A stretch of DNA of 64,000 nt, taken from positions 186,001 through 250,000 of the IMG/VR virus record IMGVR_UViG_3300046167_000825, one strand, 5' to 3'. This document shows, in pieces, positions 26,400-35,973 of the stretch. The notes beneath the pieces are model-generated. The model was not told the origin of the DNA. It ran no database searches and worked only from the letters and a program-made list of their open reading frames with translations. The translations under genes were made by a program, and so were the position numbers. Every line of letters starts with the position of its first letter. Position 1 is the stretch's first letter.

Positions 26400-27100
26400 T
26401 AGGTAATAGAATCCCCATACCCATTTAAGGGTTGGTGTTATTTTCGGTTATTCCTTCCCAAAGGAATTGAGTCATGGGCAAGTAGTTTTTTATTTCCGTA
26501 GAAGTCTTTGTGTTTGTCTATGTAGAACTTGTATTCTTATTCGTATTCTCATTGTTATTTGGTTTCTTATTTTTCTTGGGTTTCTTGGGCTTGGTTGTAA
26601 TTTGATACAAACCAATTCTATATACTAATTCTAATTCTAATTACTATATACAATTAAGAACTTATAGAAGATCCCTCTATTATCTTCTTTCCGTTCTCTT
26701 TCTGACTGGTGAGGCTTCTATTCTTTCTTTTCATCTCTCAAAGAAATAGAACTCGGATTTCTTGGTCATCAGAAAGGTCACTCTTGAGATTGGGACGGAT
26801 TTGTTTTCCATACCGAACCCTTATCAAGAAGTGGCTTCCCTTTCGGGAAGGTATCGTGGTTATTTTTAATGTTGGAAAAGAACATATCTAAATCGGGTGG
26901 AACTTTTAACCACCTCACCCTATTAAGGGATTATAGTTCTATCAGAAACAAAAGAGACACCATAGAGATATGGGATCAATCAATCTATCTGGGAAGAAAC
27001 TATCAGAAGACTCAGACGGTTTTGAGAATACTCTATTTTGTTAGGGATTGCAAAACTTTTCTATCTCGGTATCTTTGATAGGAAGAAAAACAACGGAGGA
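26400..27100. other. AT-rich, largely non-coding strand-switch region, candidate replication origin
   Basis: TATATAC-(TAATTC)2-TAATTA-C-TATATAC core at 26619-26651; several ATCAGAA-like repeats; gene direction diverges here. Confidence 0.4.
26638..26650 (+). promoter_or_regulatory. class B motif TAATTACTATATA
   Basis: exact motif, but inside an AT-rich core so it may be chance. Confidence 0.3.
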
Positions 27101-27105
27101 AAGGG

Positions 27106-27426
27106 ATGCAGAACCAATTATTTTTTTCAAGAGAGAACGCACATCTGTTAGCAGAAGAAGTCTTTAAGATTATATCTGGGAAATCGAACCCAGTGTTCCC
27201 TCATTCATCGAAGGGGATGCCCTCCCTTTATGTTTTGATGGGAAATACCAAAATAGACACCGATCAATATCATCGGTGTGTCCTACCCGTAATAGAGAAG
27301 GAGGATTTGCAAATCCTCCGAACCCCTAGATCAAGGGAGTTCCTAAAGGATCGAACACGAACTCAGATATTCATTGATCGGATAGGAGGCTATCTGACAG
27401 ATTCTTTTATTGCAGAAGGCTTCTAG
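27106..27426 (+). CDS. hypothetical protein
   Basis: GGAGG RBS. Confidence 0.65.
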   Translation: MQNQLFFSRENAHLLAEEVFKIISGKSNPVFPHSSKGMPSLYVLMGNTKIDTDQYHRCVLPVIEKEDLQILRTPRSREFLKDRTRTQIFIDRIGGYLTDSFIAEGF

Positions 27427-27454
27427 GGTTGATTGGGCTGTGGGTTTCCGTATA
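27426..27454 (+). promoter_or_regulatory. class A promoter GGGTTG-N17-CGTATA
   Basis: motif before the clamp-loader operon. Confidence 0.75.
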
Positions 27455-27484
27455 TGTGCTACATAATCAAAAAAGGAGATACAA

Positions 27485-27646
27485 ATGAGTAAGAAAGGCG
27501 ATACGGCTTGGGTCTCATGTCGGGCAAGAGAAAAATGTGAGGGTAATCAATCAGTAATTGTTTCTCACAAGAAACGAGAAGGTGGTGGGCATAAGACCGT
27601 TTATCGTTGTAAATCATGCAATCATCTTTTTGTTTTGTGGGTGTGA
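27485..27646 (+). CDS. 53-aa zinc-ribbon protein (not in ORF track)
   Basis: AAGGAG RBS; MSKKGDTAWVSCRAREKCEGNQSVIVSHKKREGGGHKTVYRCKSCNHLFVLWV. Confidence 0.75.
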   Translation: MSKKGDTAWVSCRAREKCEGNQSVIVSHKKREGGGHKTVYRCKSCNHLFVLWV

Positions 27647-27647
27647 T

Positions 27648-28235
27648 ATGACAGCGATGTTGGTACATGGGGAAGGGGCATTGGAATATGCCCTTAAAGA
27701 AGCCCTCAAGTTTTCCACCCATTACGAGTTTGGTGGTGATGCCCTCACAACAGAGGAAGCCAAGAGTGCCATAGAGAAGATGTCTTTCCCTTTGGTGGGA
27801 GTGGATTCCTTTGCTGTGGTTGTTGGTGCAGTGGATAGTGCTAGGGGTCGAGCCACAGATGCTCTCTTGAAAGGTATTGAGGAGCATGAACCCTTTGTGA
27901 CTCCCATCCTTTGGGCGACCTCTCTGAATGAAGTACCGAAAACCATTCGTTCCCGTTGTAGGGTTGTTTGGTCGTATGCTTCCTCACCAGAACCCAAAGA
28001 GGAGTATCTACGCCTTGCTAGAAATTGTGTGGGGGGTAATCACGCCAATGTAATTATTCAACTTAACGAACTGAAAGCAAAGCCCCTTGAGGTTTTATTT
28101 GAACTGGGGAATGCCTTGTCCCAGTTGGACTTCACGAAAGAGAGGGTGGTCACCCTTTGGGTCGAAATCCGTTTGGCTCTCCGACAAGTCCACCCAATAT
28201 CCAAGAATGAACTGTTGGGGGTGCTATGCTTCTAG
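27648..28235 (+). CDS. holB: DNA polymerase III delta-prime-like clamp-loader subunit (degenerate)
   Basis: ATDALLKGIEE, EVPKTIRSRC (SRC motif); no P-loop. Confidence 0.7.
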   Translation: MTAMLVHGEGALEYALKEALKFSTHYEFGGDALTTEEAKSAIEKMSFPLVGVDSFAVVVGAVDSARGRATDALLKGIEEHEPFVTPILWATSLNEVPKTIRSRCRVVWSYASSPEPKEEYLRLARNCVGGNHANVIIQLNELKAKPLEVLFELGNALSQLDFTKERVVTLWVEIRLALRQVHPISKNELLGVLCF

Positions 28236-29149
28236 TTCATGGCTCAGACGATTTCCTATGTCGTAAACAAATTAAGACCGTTATTTCAAAATGGTTGTCC
28301 GAGGAATACAGTGTTTATACCGTAGTGGGAACACCCGAAAGCATAGAACCCCATATATCACCTCTGTTGGGTTTCTTTGGTGGGAGTGGTGGTAAGCCAG
28401 CCTTTTACATTGAGGATGCCTTGTCGTGCGATATCGCTTATCTCAGTGACCTTCCTTACCCCATTCTGTTGTACATTGATGGGTCACTCCCCCGAAGCAA
28501 GAAACACCCCATCCACAAGATAGCCAAGAGGAACATTAAAAAGTTCAATAAGGTTTCGGTTTTTCAAGCAGAGGAGAAAGCGATAGAGTTTGCCATCTCT
28601 TCGTGTGACGAGTTGGGTTTACATCTCAGTGTTGGTTTGGCGAAGAACTTCGTTAAGATTGTCGGTGTAGATTATGGTGTCATCACCCACGAGTTGTTTA
28701 AGGTTCAGATGTTGCTTGGGTCTGAGAAGGAAATCAAACCCACCCACTTCCGTGCCATTGCTCAAGTGACCGAAATGTCTGCACAAGATATCATCACTTC
28801 TGTTCAAGATAGAAACATCAGAGGTCTTTTGAAATCTTTAGTGACGGTCAAATCCACACACAACAACGATCCGACTCTTATGGTTTGTGGTTGGCTCGGA
28901 TCAGAGGCGAGAAAATGGTTATTGTGTTCGTCTCTGTCGAAACAAGGTCGCCCAATAGATCAAAAGACAACGGGCATCCATCCGTATGTTCTGAAAAAAA
29001 AGTTGATCCCAAATATAAAAAAATGGGATGTTTCACGATGTTTGAGATTGGTACATTTGATCTCACAAACTGAACGGTATGTTAAGACTGGTGGGAAGAA
29101 CGCTTGGACAAGATTTGAGAGTGACCTTGTGATCTTGATTCAAATGTGA
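28226..29149 (+). CDS. holA: DNA polymerase III delta-like clamp-loader subunit
   Basis: LLVHGSDDFL N-terminus; VGVDYGVITHELFKVQML; C-terminal collar. Confidence 0.7.
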   Translation: MLLVHGSDDFLCRKQIKTVISKWLSEEYSVYTVVGTPESIEPHISPLLGFFGGSGGKPAFYIEDALSCDIAYLSDLPYPILLYIDGSLPRSKKHPIHKIAKRNIKKFNKVSVFQAEEKAIEFAISSCDELGLHLSVGLAKNFVKIVGVDYGVITHELFKVQMLLGSEKEIKPTHFRAIAQVTEMSAQDIITSVQDRNIRGLLKSLVTVKSTHNNDPTLMVCGWLGSEARKWLLCSSLSKQGRPIDQKTTGIHPYVLKKKLIPNIKKWDVSRCLRLVHLISQTERYVKTGGKNAWTRFESDLVILIQM

Positions 29150-29245
29150 ATCCCTTTGGAAGTTCAATAGATTTTTGATAAAGACTGTAATAGTACCTCC
29201 TACCTTGAGAGGGTCTTTACACACTAATAAGAATAAGGAAAACGT

Positions 29246-31201
29246 ATGAGTACAATAGCAAAAACGGTTGAAGAACCTAAACTTATGCAAACATTCCCGA
29301 ATATGCTTTCGGAGTTTGTTTATAAAAGAACCTATGCCAAATGGAATGGCGAAAGACGAGAGAACTGGACTGAAACAGTCGACCGTTACATAGAGTTCTT
29401 GAAAGAGGAATGTCCTCAAACTCCTAATGAGATTTTCTCTCAGATTCGAGAGCAGATGATTGGCATGCAGATTATGGGATCAATGAGAGCCTTGTGGTCG
29501 GCTGGATATCCAGCAAGACGGGATAACACATGTATCTACAACTGTTCCTTCATCCCTCTTGATAATCTCAGAGCCTTCTCTGAAGGTTTATATATCCTTA
29601 TGCAAGGGACGGGCGTGGGTTTCTCTGTTGAATCCCAGTTCGTGAATAACTTGCCAAATGTAGCAAGTTTTGGGGATGTTATCATCAATCATGAAATTGT
29701 CGACTCGGCTGAGGGTTGGGCAGATGCTTTATATCTGGCTTTGGTTGAAGGCTACAAAGGACACAAGGTTCAGTTCGATTATTCTCTAGTTCGTGCTGCT
29801 GGTGCAGTTCTGAAAACTAAGGGTGGTCGTGCAAGTGGGCCAGAACCTCTCAAGAATCTTCTTGATTACGTTCAAGAATTGATGCTTGGGGCACAAGGTC
29901 GCAAACTGAAATCTCTTGAGTGCCATGACATCATGTGTAAAGTGGGTGAGATTGTCGTGAGTGGTGGTGTTCGTAGATCAGCCCTCATCTCTTTTTCTGA
30001 TCCAGAAGATGAAGAAATGCGGCACGCAAAGAACTGGAAGCGAGGCGAGTTCCCACAGCATCGCTATATGGCTAACAACTCGGCATACTATCAAGAGAAA
30101 CCCTCCCCAGAAGTTTTTTGGGCAGATTGGGATGCTTTGGTTGAGAGTATGAGTGGGGAGCGTGGTTTTTCGATTGGTAACTGGCACGAACGAGCAGACA
30201 GACCAACTAAAGATGTCCGTTCAAACCCTTGTCACGAGATTGGTCTGAGATTCTTGAGAGCGACTGACCCCATTACTGGTGAAAATGGTGGTGGTCAATT
30301 CTGTAATCTCAGTGCAGCCGTCATGCGTTCTGAGGATACCATAGAAACCTTTGCTGAAAAGGTACGCTTGGCGACTTGGATTGGTGCTATGCAAGCCACA
30401 TTCACACACTTCCCTTATCTCAGAAAGGGTTGGGTTCAGACTTGTGATGAAGACCGTCTGTTGGGTGTCGATATCACGGGTCAGTGTGATAATCCCGAAT
30501 TGTCTCAAAATGACGATGCAATGAATTACTTCAATCAAGTGGCTGTCGAAACAGCAAGGCTTGCTTCTCAGACTTTGGGTATCAATATGCCAGCGGCTGT
30601 CACTTGTGGGAAGCCTAGTGGTAATACCTCTCAGTTCGTTGATTGTGCTAGTGGTTTTCACCCTCGATACAGTAAGTTCTATTTCCGTCATGTCAGAATT
30701 GCCTCCCATGACCCTCTCTGTAAAATGGTTCGTGATTCGGGTTTGCCTATGTTCAAGGAAACGGGTGAAGAAGACAAAGCAGATGCAGATGTCACAACTT
30801 GGGTTGCACGATTCCCCGTGAAGTCCCCAGAGGGTGCAATGCTCCGTGAGGATGAAACGGCACTTGAACAGTGTGAACGATATCTTCAAGTTATGAACAC
30901 TTGGTGTTCCGAGAAGGGTCATAACCAATCTTGCACGATTTATCCCAAAGATCATGAGTGGCAAGAAGTGGGTGAGTGGGTCTATGAGAACTTCAATAAG
31001 ATCACGGGCGTTTCTTTTTTACCGTACGATGGTGGGAAATACCGTCTTGCCCCTTACGAAGAAATTGATGAAGCAACATACTTGGAAGCCGAGTCAAAAA
31101 TGCCTCAGATTGATTTCGGTATGCTTTCTGTGTATGAAAAAGAAGATCGAGGGGAAGGTGCGAGAGAACTGGCTTGTGTTGGTGGTTCTTGCGAACTCTA
31201 A
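29246..31201 (+). CDS. nrdJ: class II (adenosylcobalamin-dependent) ribonucleotide reductase
   Basis: YNCSF, GGVRRSALI, NPCHEI, FCNL, KPSGNTS, C-terminal CVGGSCEL; no small subunit adjacent. Confidence 0.92.
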   Translation: MSTIAKTVEEPKLMQTFPNMLSEFVYKRTYAKWNGERRENWTETVDRYIEFLKEECPQTPNEIFSQIREQMIGMQIMGSMRALWSAGYPARRDNTCIYNCSFIPLDNLRAFSEGLYILMQGTGVGFSVESQFVNNLPNVASFGDVIINHEIVDSAEGWADALYLALVEGYKGHKVQFDYSLVRAAGAVLKTKGGRASGPEPLKNLLDYVQELMLGAQGRKLKSLECHDIMCKVGEIVVSGGVRRSALISFSDPEDEEMRHAKNWKRGEFPQHRYMANNSAYYQEKPSPEVFWADWDALVESMSGERGFSIGNWHERADRPTKDVRSNPCHEIGLRFLRATDPITGENGGGQFCNLSAAVMRSEDTIETFAEKVRLATWIGAMQATFTHFPYLRKGWVQTCDEDRLLGVDITGQCDNPELSQNDDAMNYFNQVAVETARLASQTLGINMPAAVTCGKPSGNTSQFVDCASGFHPRYSKFYFRHVRIASHDPLCKMVRDSGLPMFKETGEEDKADADVTTWVARFPVKSPEGAMLREDETALEQCERYLQVMNTWCSEKGHNQSCTIYPKDHEWQEVGEWVYENFNKITGVSFLPYDGGKYRLAPYEEIDEATYLEAESKMPQIDFGMLSVYEKEDRGEGARELACVGGSCEL

Positions 31202-31225
31202 AATCTTTCGCTAGTTCGATTATAG

Positions 31226-31254
31226 TCCCTCGTAATATTACGGGGGATTTTTTT
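31226..31254 (+). terminator. rho-independent terminator
   Basis: TCCCTCGTAA-TA-TTACGGGGGA plus T7. Confidence 0.7.
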
Positions 31255-31566
31255 ATGCAATACATCGACTGGGAACTGATGCAGTTCATTGAACGACCCG
31301 ATATCTCTAAGATTCTTGACCATTGGGTTTCTATCTGGGAGTCAACTCTCGATTCTAAGTTTATGTTGGGGGCATATGGCTCGAAAATAAAGCATCAGAT
31401 AAGGATATTGGGTTCACAGATTGTGGTCTTGACGACAAGTTCGACCGTGAAAGACCCTATTGAGATGCGACTCTGTTTGATAGAACGCAATTTTGACAAC
31501 CCTCAGTTCAAACCTATTCCACCAGAAGATTGGTATCATCCTAGAGAGGATGATGAATTAAACTAG
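31255..31566 (+). CDS. hypothetical protein
   Basis: likely start MQYIDWE. Confidence 0.55.
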   Translation: MQYIDWELMQFIERPDISKILDHWVSIWESTLDSKFMLGAYGSKIKHQIRILGSQIVVLTTSSTVKDPIEMRLCLIERNFDNPQFKPIPPEDWYHPREDDELN

Positions 31567-31573
31567 CCTTTTA

Positions 31574-31602
31574 GGATCGGTTCAGACCTCTTATTTCGTA
31601 TA
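31574..31602 (+). promoter_or_regulatory. class A promoter GGATCG-N17-CGTATA
   Basis: exact motif before recD2. Confidence 0.8.
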
Positions 31603-31622
31603 GAAATGACAAGGAGGTCTGT

Positions 31623-33983
31623 ATGGCTGTTTATAGTGGAAATGTGGAAACTATCATCTTCTCTAACGCAGAAGATAATTATTATATTTTAAGGATGAAA
31701 CTGGATAAGTCACCGATAGGTATTCCAAACTCCCTCGTGGTTCGTGGGAAGGTATCGGGTTTGTCTATCAAAAAAGGGTCTTGGTTTTCGTTTGATGGTG
31801 TTTTGGATAGTCACCCAAAACATGGCAAGCAAATGAAGATACGGAAAGCACCCGTACAGAAGAAGAACTTATCGGGTTCTGAAACAAGAGCCATCTTACG
31901 GTCACATGGTGTTTCTGAATTGATTGCTGATCAGTTGTTTCTCAAGTTCGGGGATTTGACCTATTCAAAATTGAACTCACCCGATGCTCTCAAGCATTTG
32001 AGTTCCTTGAAGAATGTCACTCAGATCACAGCAGAGTTCATTCTTCAAAGGTGGCGGTCTTACATCGCTTTCTTTGAAGCCGTAGAGTTCTTTGAGGAAG
32101 TGGGGATACATCAAAAGAAGTATGACTTGGTATGGAAAACCTTTGGGGATAGAGCCAAAGAAATCCTTTCGACCAATCCTTGGCGATTGACGAGAATTGA
32201 GGGGATTACCTTTGAACATGCCGATGCCGTTGCTAAGAAACTCCATCTCCCTTTGAGGGGCGTTGAGAGGGTACAAGGGGCTATTTTATCGGCTTTGAAC
32301 TCTTGGAGAGGTGGTATGGGTCATCTGTACCACACCGTCAAGGAAATCCAAGATAGCATAGAGAAGATGATGGGTGTTTCGATTCGTAGGGATACCGTCA
32401 TTGACTGTTTGAAAAAACTAGACGAGGATGGTGATTTGGTTTTTGAATCTTATCTCACTTGTGGGGGTGAACTACACGAATGTGTTTACACGAAGTGGAA
32501 TCATCGAATGGAGCATAAAGGGTCTGAGATGCTTTATCAAAGACACAAGTCAGCCCAAGTGAGCAAAAGCCTTTCGGAATTGGAGCGGTACAAGTACTCT
32601 CTTATCCGTTGCGAACACCCCGATATTGAGGCTCATAATCTCAAGGTCAGTTCGTTGGAAGATTGTGTTCGTGTGGCTTTGGACTTTGAGTGTGAGGTCA
32701 ATTCTATCTCGTTATCGAAAGCCCAGTACCAAGCCGCAATTAATGCTCTTATCTACCCCGTGTCGATTATTACGGGGTTGCCAGGGACGGGTAAGACGAC
32801 CACTTTGCGTATCGTTGTGAAGGTTTTTCAACGGGCTGGTGTGACTTTCAAGTTGGTTTCGCCAACGGGTATCGCTTCCAAACGCCTTCATCAAGTCACT
32901 GGTGTCGAAGCCTCAACCATTCATAGAGCCTTTGGTTCAAAGGGTGGTAAAGGGGATGATGAAGAAAGAGAACAGACTTATTATGGTGTGGTCGGTGAGT
33001 CTGTTGCTAGTGTGAAGGCTGGTGAGAATGAGAAATGGACTAATGTTCTCCCCGATCAAGTTCTCATTTGTGATGAGGCATCTATGGTCGATCAACACTT
33101 GCTTTATCGTATGCTAACGGGAACGAATGGGGACTGTCGTCTAGTGCTTGTAGGTGACTCGGCACAGTTGCCGAGTGTGGGTGCTGGGAATGTCCTCCGA
33201 GAAATGATTCAAGCGAACTTATTTCCAACCAGTTCTCTCACAGAGATTTTCCGTCAGAGTGATACAAGTGACATTGTTTATGCTGCTCACGATATCTATA
33301 AAGGGAATGTCCCCGAACTGAAAGCATCCACTGATCTAGACTTCGTGTTCCTCCCTATCTCTAGTGAAAGCCAAATACTTGATGCGATCAAAAAACTTTC
33401 TCTCCGTATCTTCAAGGCGAGGGAGAGGTTTCAAGTGATGTCTCCACGACACAGTGGCACATTGGGTGTAACCAACCTCAACACACACCTCCGAGAAATC
33501 TTGAACCCAGAGAAGCACAATCAGAATTACATCCGTGTGGGTGACCAAATACTCCGTGAAGATGACCGTGTCATGATAATCCGTAACGATTACGGGAAAG
33601 GGGTCTTCAATGGCGATACGGGCAAGGTGTATCGTATCCAACCCGATAAGAAGGTCATTGTGAAGATACACGGAGAGAACCCCTTCTATGTAGATTTCAC
33701 GCCCAAAGAGGTCTATCAGTATCTCCGTTTGGCTTATGCCACCACTGTCCATAAAATGCAAGGACAAGAAACAGATATGATAATCCTTCCAATGGTACAA
33801 GGGTTTCGCTCCCAACTCCAACGCAACCTATTCTATACGGCTATCACACGAGCCAAGAAGCGTGTCATTCTGTTGGGTCATGCTTCAGCCATTGAGAGGG
33901 CTGTGATGAACTCTCGTGAAGATGTTCGCAACACTCTTTTGAAAGAACGCTTATTTTCCCAAGCCGAAAGGGATCGAGATTGA
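31623..33983 (+). CDS. recD2: RecD2-like SF1B DNA helicase
   Basis: N-terminal OB/HhH region (STNPWRL, FEHADAVA); ITGLPGTGKTT, CDEASMVD, VGDSAQLPSVGAG, EIFRQ, LAYATTVHKMQG, YTAITRAK. Confidence 0.93.
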   Translation: MAVYSGNVETIIFSNAEDNYYILRMKLDKSPIGIPNSLVVRGKVSGLSIKKGSWFSFDGVLDSHPKHGKQMKIRKAPVQKKNLSGSETRAILRSHGVSELIADQLFLKFGDLTYSKLNSPDALKHLSSLKNVTQITAEFILQRWRSYIAFFEAVEFFEEVGIHQKKYDLVWKTFGDRAKEILSTNPWRLTRIEGITFEHADAVAKKLHLPLRGVERVQGAILSALNSWRGGMGHLYHTVKEIQDSIEKMMGVSIRRDTVIDCLKKLDEDGDLVFESYLTCGGELHECVYTKWNHRMEHKGSEMLYQRHKSAQVSKSLSELERYKYSLIRCEHPDIEAHNLKVSSLEDCVRVALDFECEVNSISLSKAQYQAAINALIYPVSIITGLPGTGKTTTLRIVVKVFQRAGVTFKLVSPTGIASKRLHQVTGVEASTIHRAFGSKGGKGDDEEREQTYYGVVGESVASVKAGENEKWTNVLPDQVLICDEASMVDQHLLYRMLTGTNGDCRLVLVGDSAQLPSVGAGNVLREMIQANLFPTSSLTEIFRQSDTSDIVYAAHDIYKGNVPELKASTDLDFVFLPISSESQILDAIKKLSLRIFKARERFQVMSPRHSGTLGVTNLNTHLREILNPEKHNQNYIRVGDQILREDDRVMIIRNDYGKGVFNGDTGKVYRIQPDKKVIVKIHGENPFYVDFTPKEVYQYLRLAYATTVHKMQGQETDMIILPMVQGFRSQLQRNLFYTAITRAKKRVILLGHASAIERAVMNSREDVRNTLLKERLFSQAERDRD

Positions 33984-33999
33984 ACTCCAACTCCGTATA
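33971..33999 (+). promoter_or_regulatory. class A promoter GGATCG-N17-CGTATA
   Basis: exact motif. Confidence 0.8.
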
Positions 34000-34016
34000 A
34001 AACACAAGGAGGTTTT

Positions 34017-34367
34017 ATGAAAAGTATTTCACAGATTCGCTCGGCTATGCGTATTACAAAAATCGTGGCGACTCGATCAATCAAAACTAAAACGGGGGAC
34101 ACCTACACGGGCTTCACAGCCAGTTGGGATAGTGTCCAAGACGATGACCCTAGTGGGGAAGCCCCTTCTATGCCTTTGACCTTGAATGAGGGTCGTATTG
34201 CTCACCTACTGCTCGCTATGGAAACAGATGTCGCTTCCTATACCTCAGCCATCGCAAATGGCTCTGTGGGCTTAGAGGAGGGTCAGAGAATCATAAAAGG
34301 TATTCAACAACGATACCAACATATCATACAACAAAACTACAAGGAGAACTCCAATGACAACACCTAA
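34017..34367 (+). CDS. hypothetical protein
   Basis: AAGGAGG RBS. Confidence 0.75.
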   Translation: MKSISQIRSAMRITKIVATRSIKTKTGDTYTGFTASWDSVQDDDPSGEAPSMPLTLNEGRIAHLLLAMETDVASYTSAIANGSVGLEEGQRIIKGIQQRYQHIIQQNYKENSNDNT

Positions 34368-35052
34368 ACAAAAACCCGACTTGAAAATCCAAGAACCCGT
34401 ATTGCCAGAACTTCCCTCCATTGACCAAGAGTATATCGACAAGGTCTTTGAAGAAATATCTGCAATGCAGATTGGGTTGGATTCAGACCCTCTTCGTTTT
34501 GGCCCCTCAAGGCTTAATCAGAAGGTTGCTGTGACTCGGAATCTATTGACTCGTTGTGAGCAGTTGTTCAATGCCATTACACACTCGTTACAGATGTATT
34601 CTTCTCGCAACCGATTGTTGGATCTAGAGTTTGAACTTTTGGAGAAGGATCTACTTGCCAATGACCCAGAGGTTCGTGCTGGTCGGAACTTGAAATCACA
34701 AGAAGCCGTAGCCCATTTGAAACTACGGAAACACTTGCTCGAACTGAACTCTTTGAAAACCACCATAGCGAACTTGGAAACTTTGGTTTCTGTGGTGAAA
34801 ACCAAGAGAAGCGACCTCCGTGATATTCAGAACCGTTTGAAAGACCAAATGAAACTGTGCCAAGAGGATTTATCTATTGGTAGACGATGGGGTAATGAGG
34901 CAGCAAAGGCAGTACAAAGAAGTGCTCCAGCCAAGTCACTCGTCAGTCCTTTCGACACGGATGCACTGGATCAACATAAAGTTTCTGAAAAAGATTTAGA
35001 TGATGATCTTCCCGATCTAGACGCAATCTTACGGGATCTTGACAATGATTGA
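34354..35052 (+). CDS. coiled-coil hypothetical protein
   Basis: AAGGAG RBS; acidic C-terminus. Confidence 0.75.
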   Translation: MTTPKQKPDLKIQEPVLPELPSIDQEYIDKVFEEISAMQIGLDSDPLRFGPSRLNQKVAVTRNLLTRCEQLFNAITHSLQMYSSRNRLLDLEFELLEKDLLANDPEVRAGRNLKSQEAVAHLKLRKHLLELNSLKTTIANLETLVSVVKTKRSDLRDIQNRLKDQMKLCQEDLSIGRRWGNEAAKAVQRSAPAKSLVSPFDTDALDQHKVSEKDLDDDLPDLDAILRDLDND

Positions 35053-35082
35053 AAACTTATTTCAACTTTTCTTTCCGAATAG

Positions 35083-35111
35083 GGATCGCTTTGCAATCTT
35101 CTATTCGTATA
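35083..35111 (+). promoter_or_regulatory. class A promoter GGATCG-N17-CGTATA
   Basis: exact motif. Confidence 0.8.
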
Positions 35112-35177
35112 GTAGGTGGCACTCAAACAAATCAATAACTTGTGCCTATACAATAACCCCAACCCTAGAGGTGAACC

Positions 35178-35912
35178 ATGAGTGGATTTAGTGAATTTAC
35201 TCTTAACGACACTAGCAGTGTCATTCGTGAAAAATCAAACCGTTTCAAAGTGGAGGATGGTAAGTCTTATCGTCTGTCACTTGTCTGGTGGGATGACTCA
35301 GCAAACTTTGCAGAGGATGCCCCCAGATTTATAAAAGCGGCTCGATACTACAAGGAAGGCGTTGGATATGTAATCCATGACAACGACAAAGACCAAGAGT
35401 ATCGTGACTTGATGAAAGACCGTCCTCGTGATGTATTTGCTACTATCGTATGTGTGTGGGAAACAGATGATGGTATTCTTGACAATAAGGCTTTTGTCAA
35501 AGGAAAAGGCTACAAGGTAATGCCTTGGATCATGTCGCAAGATAAACTATCTACCTTGCTCCGTGCTCACAAGTCTTTCGGGCTTGGTGATGTTGATATC
35601 TCTATCACTTGCCCTAAAGGTGGTGGTCAGTATCAGAAGATGGAAATCATGCCTATTGCAAAGAGTTTCAAAGGTGTTGGACACGGTAACTTGTTCCGTT
35701 ATGCCCTTGAACAAAGCAAAGACGAAACTGTTTCTGAAATGGCAAAGAAGATTCAGAAAGTTGTTTCGGGTGAAGAAGCAAACATTCGTGACTCACTTGG
35801 TCGTCAGTTCACAATCGCTGAACTGAAAGAAAAGTTGGGCATTGTAATGGCTTCTGACACCACTGGTAATGTCGCTGACGAAGGGGACTTGGATAGTATC
35901 ATCCCTTACTAA
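35178..35912 (+). CDS. putative single-stranded DNA-binding protein
   Basis: aromatic/basic body, acidic tail DEGDLDSIIPY; lies between helicase and ruvC/recA. Confidence 0.55.
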   Translation: MSGFSEFTLNDTSSVIREKSNRFKVEDGKSYRLSLVWWDDSANFAEDAPRFIKAARYYKEGVGYVIHDNDKDQEYRDLMKDRPRDVFATIVCVWETDDGILDNKAFVKGKGYKVMPWIMSQDKLSTLLRAHKSFGLGDVDISITCPKGGGQYQKMEIMPIAKSFKGVGHGNLFRYALEQSKDETVSEMAKKIQKVVSGEEANIRDSLGRQFTIAELKEKLGIVMASDTTGNVADEGDLDSIIPY

Positions 35913-35934
35913 TCCTTAATCCTTTTCCTTTCCC

Positions 35935-35973
35935 ATAGCCCCTCTGACCTCTTTGTTGGGGGGGCTATTTTTT
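35935..35973 (+). terminator. rho-independent terminator
   Basis: ATAGCCCC...GGGGCTAT plus T run. Confidence 0.65.

Noticed and set aside
26520-26612. Lys/Asn-rich 30-codon minus-strand peptide (LYQITTKPKKPKKNKKPNNNENTNK...)
   Set aside because: No RBS, weak start; explained by the T-rich low-complexity DNA of the region
30221-30964. 247-aa antisense ORF inside nrdJ
   Set aside because: Shadow ORF with no RBS or motifs, fully overlapping a conserved gene; the same applies to most 60-200 aa opposite-strand ORFs in the track
1346-35150. TAAT/TAAC-N7-TATA variants at about 1346 and 35136 as class B promoters
   Set aside because: Spacer is 7 rather than 5; not counted without TSS data
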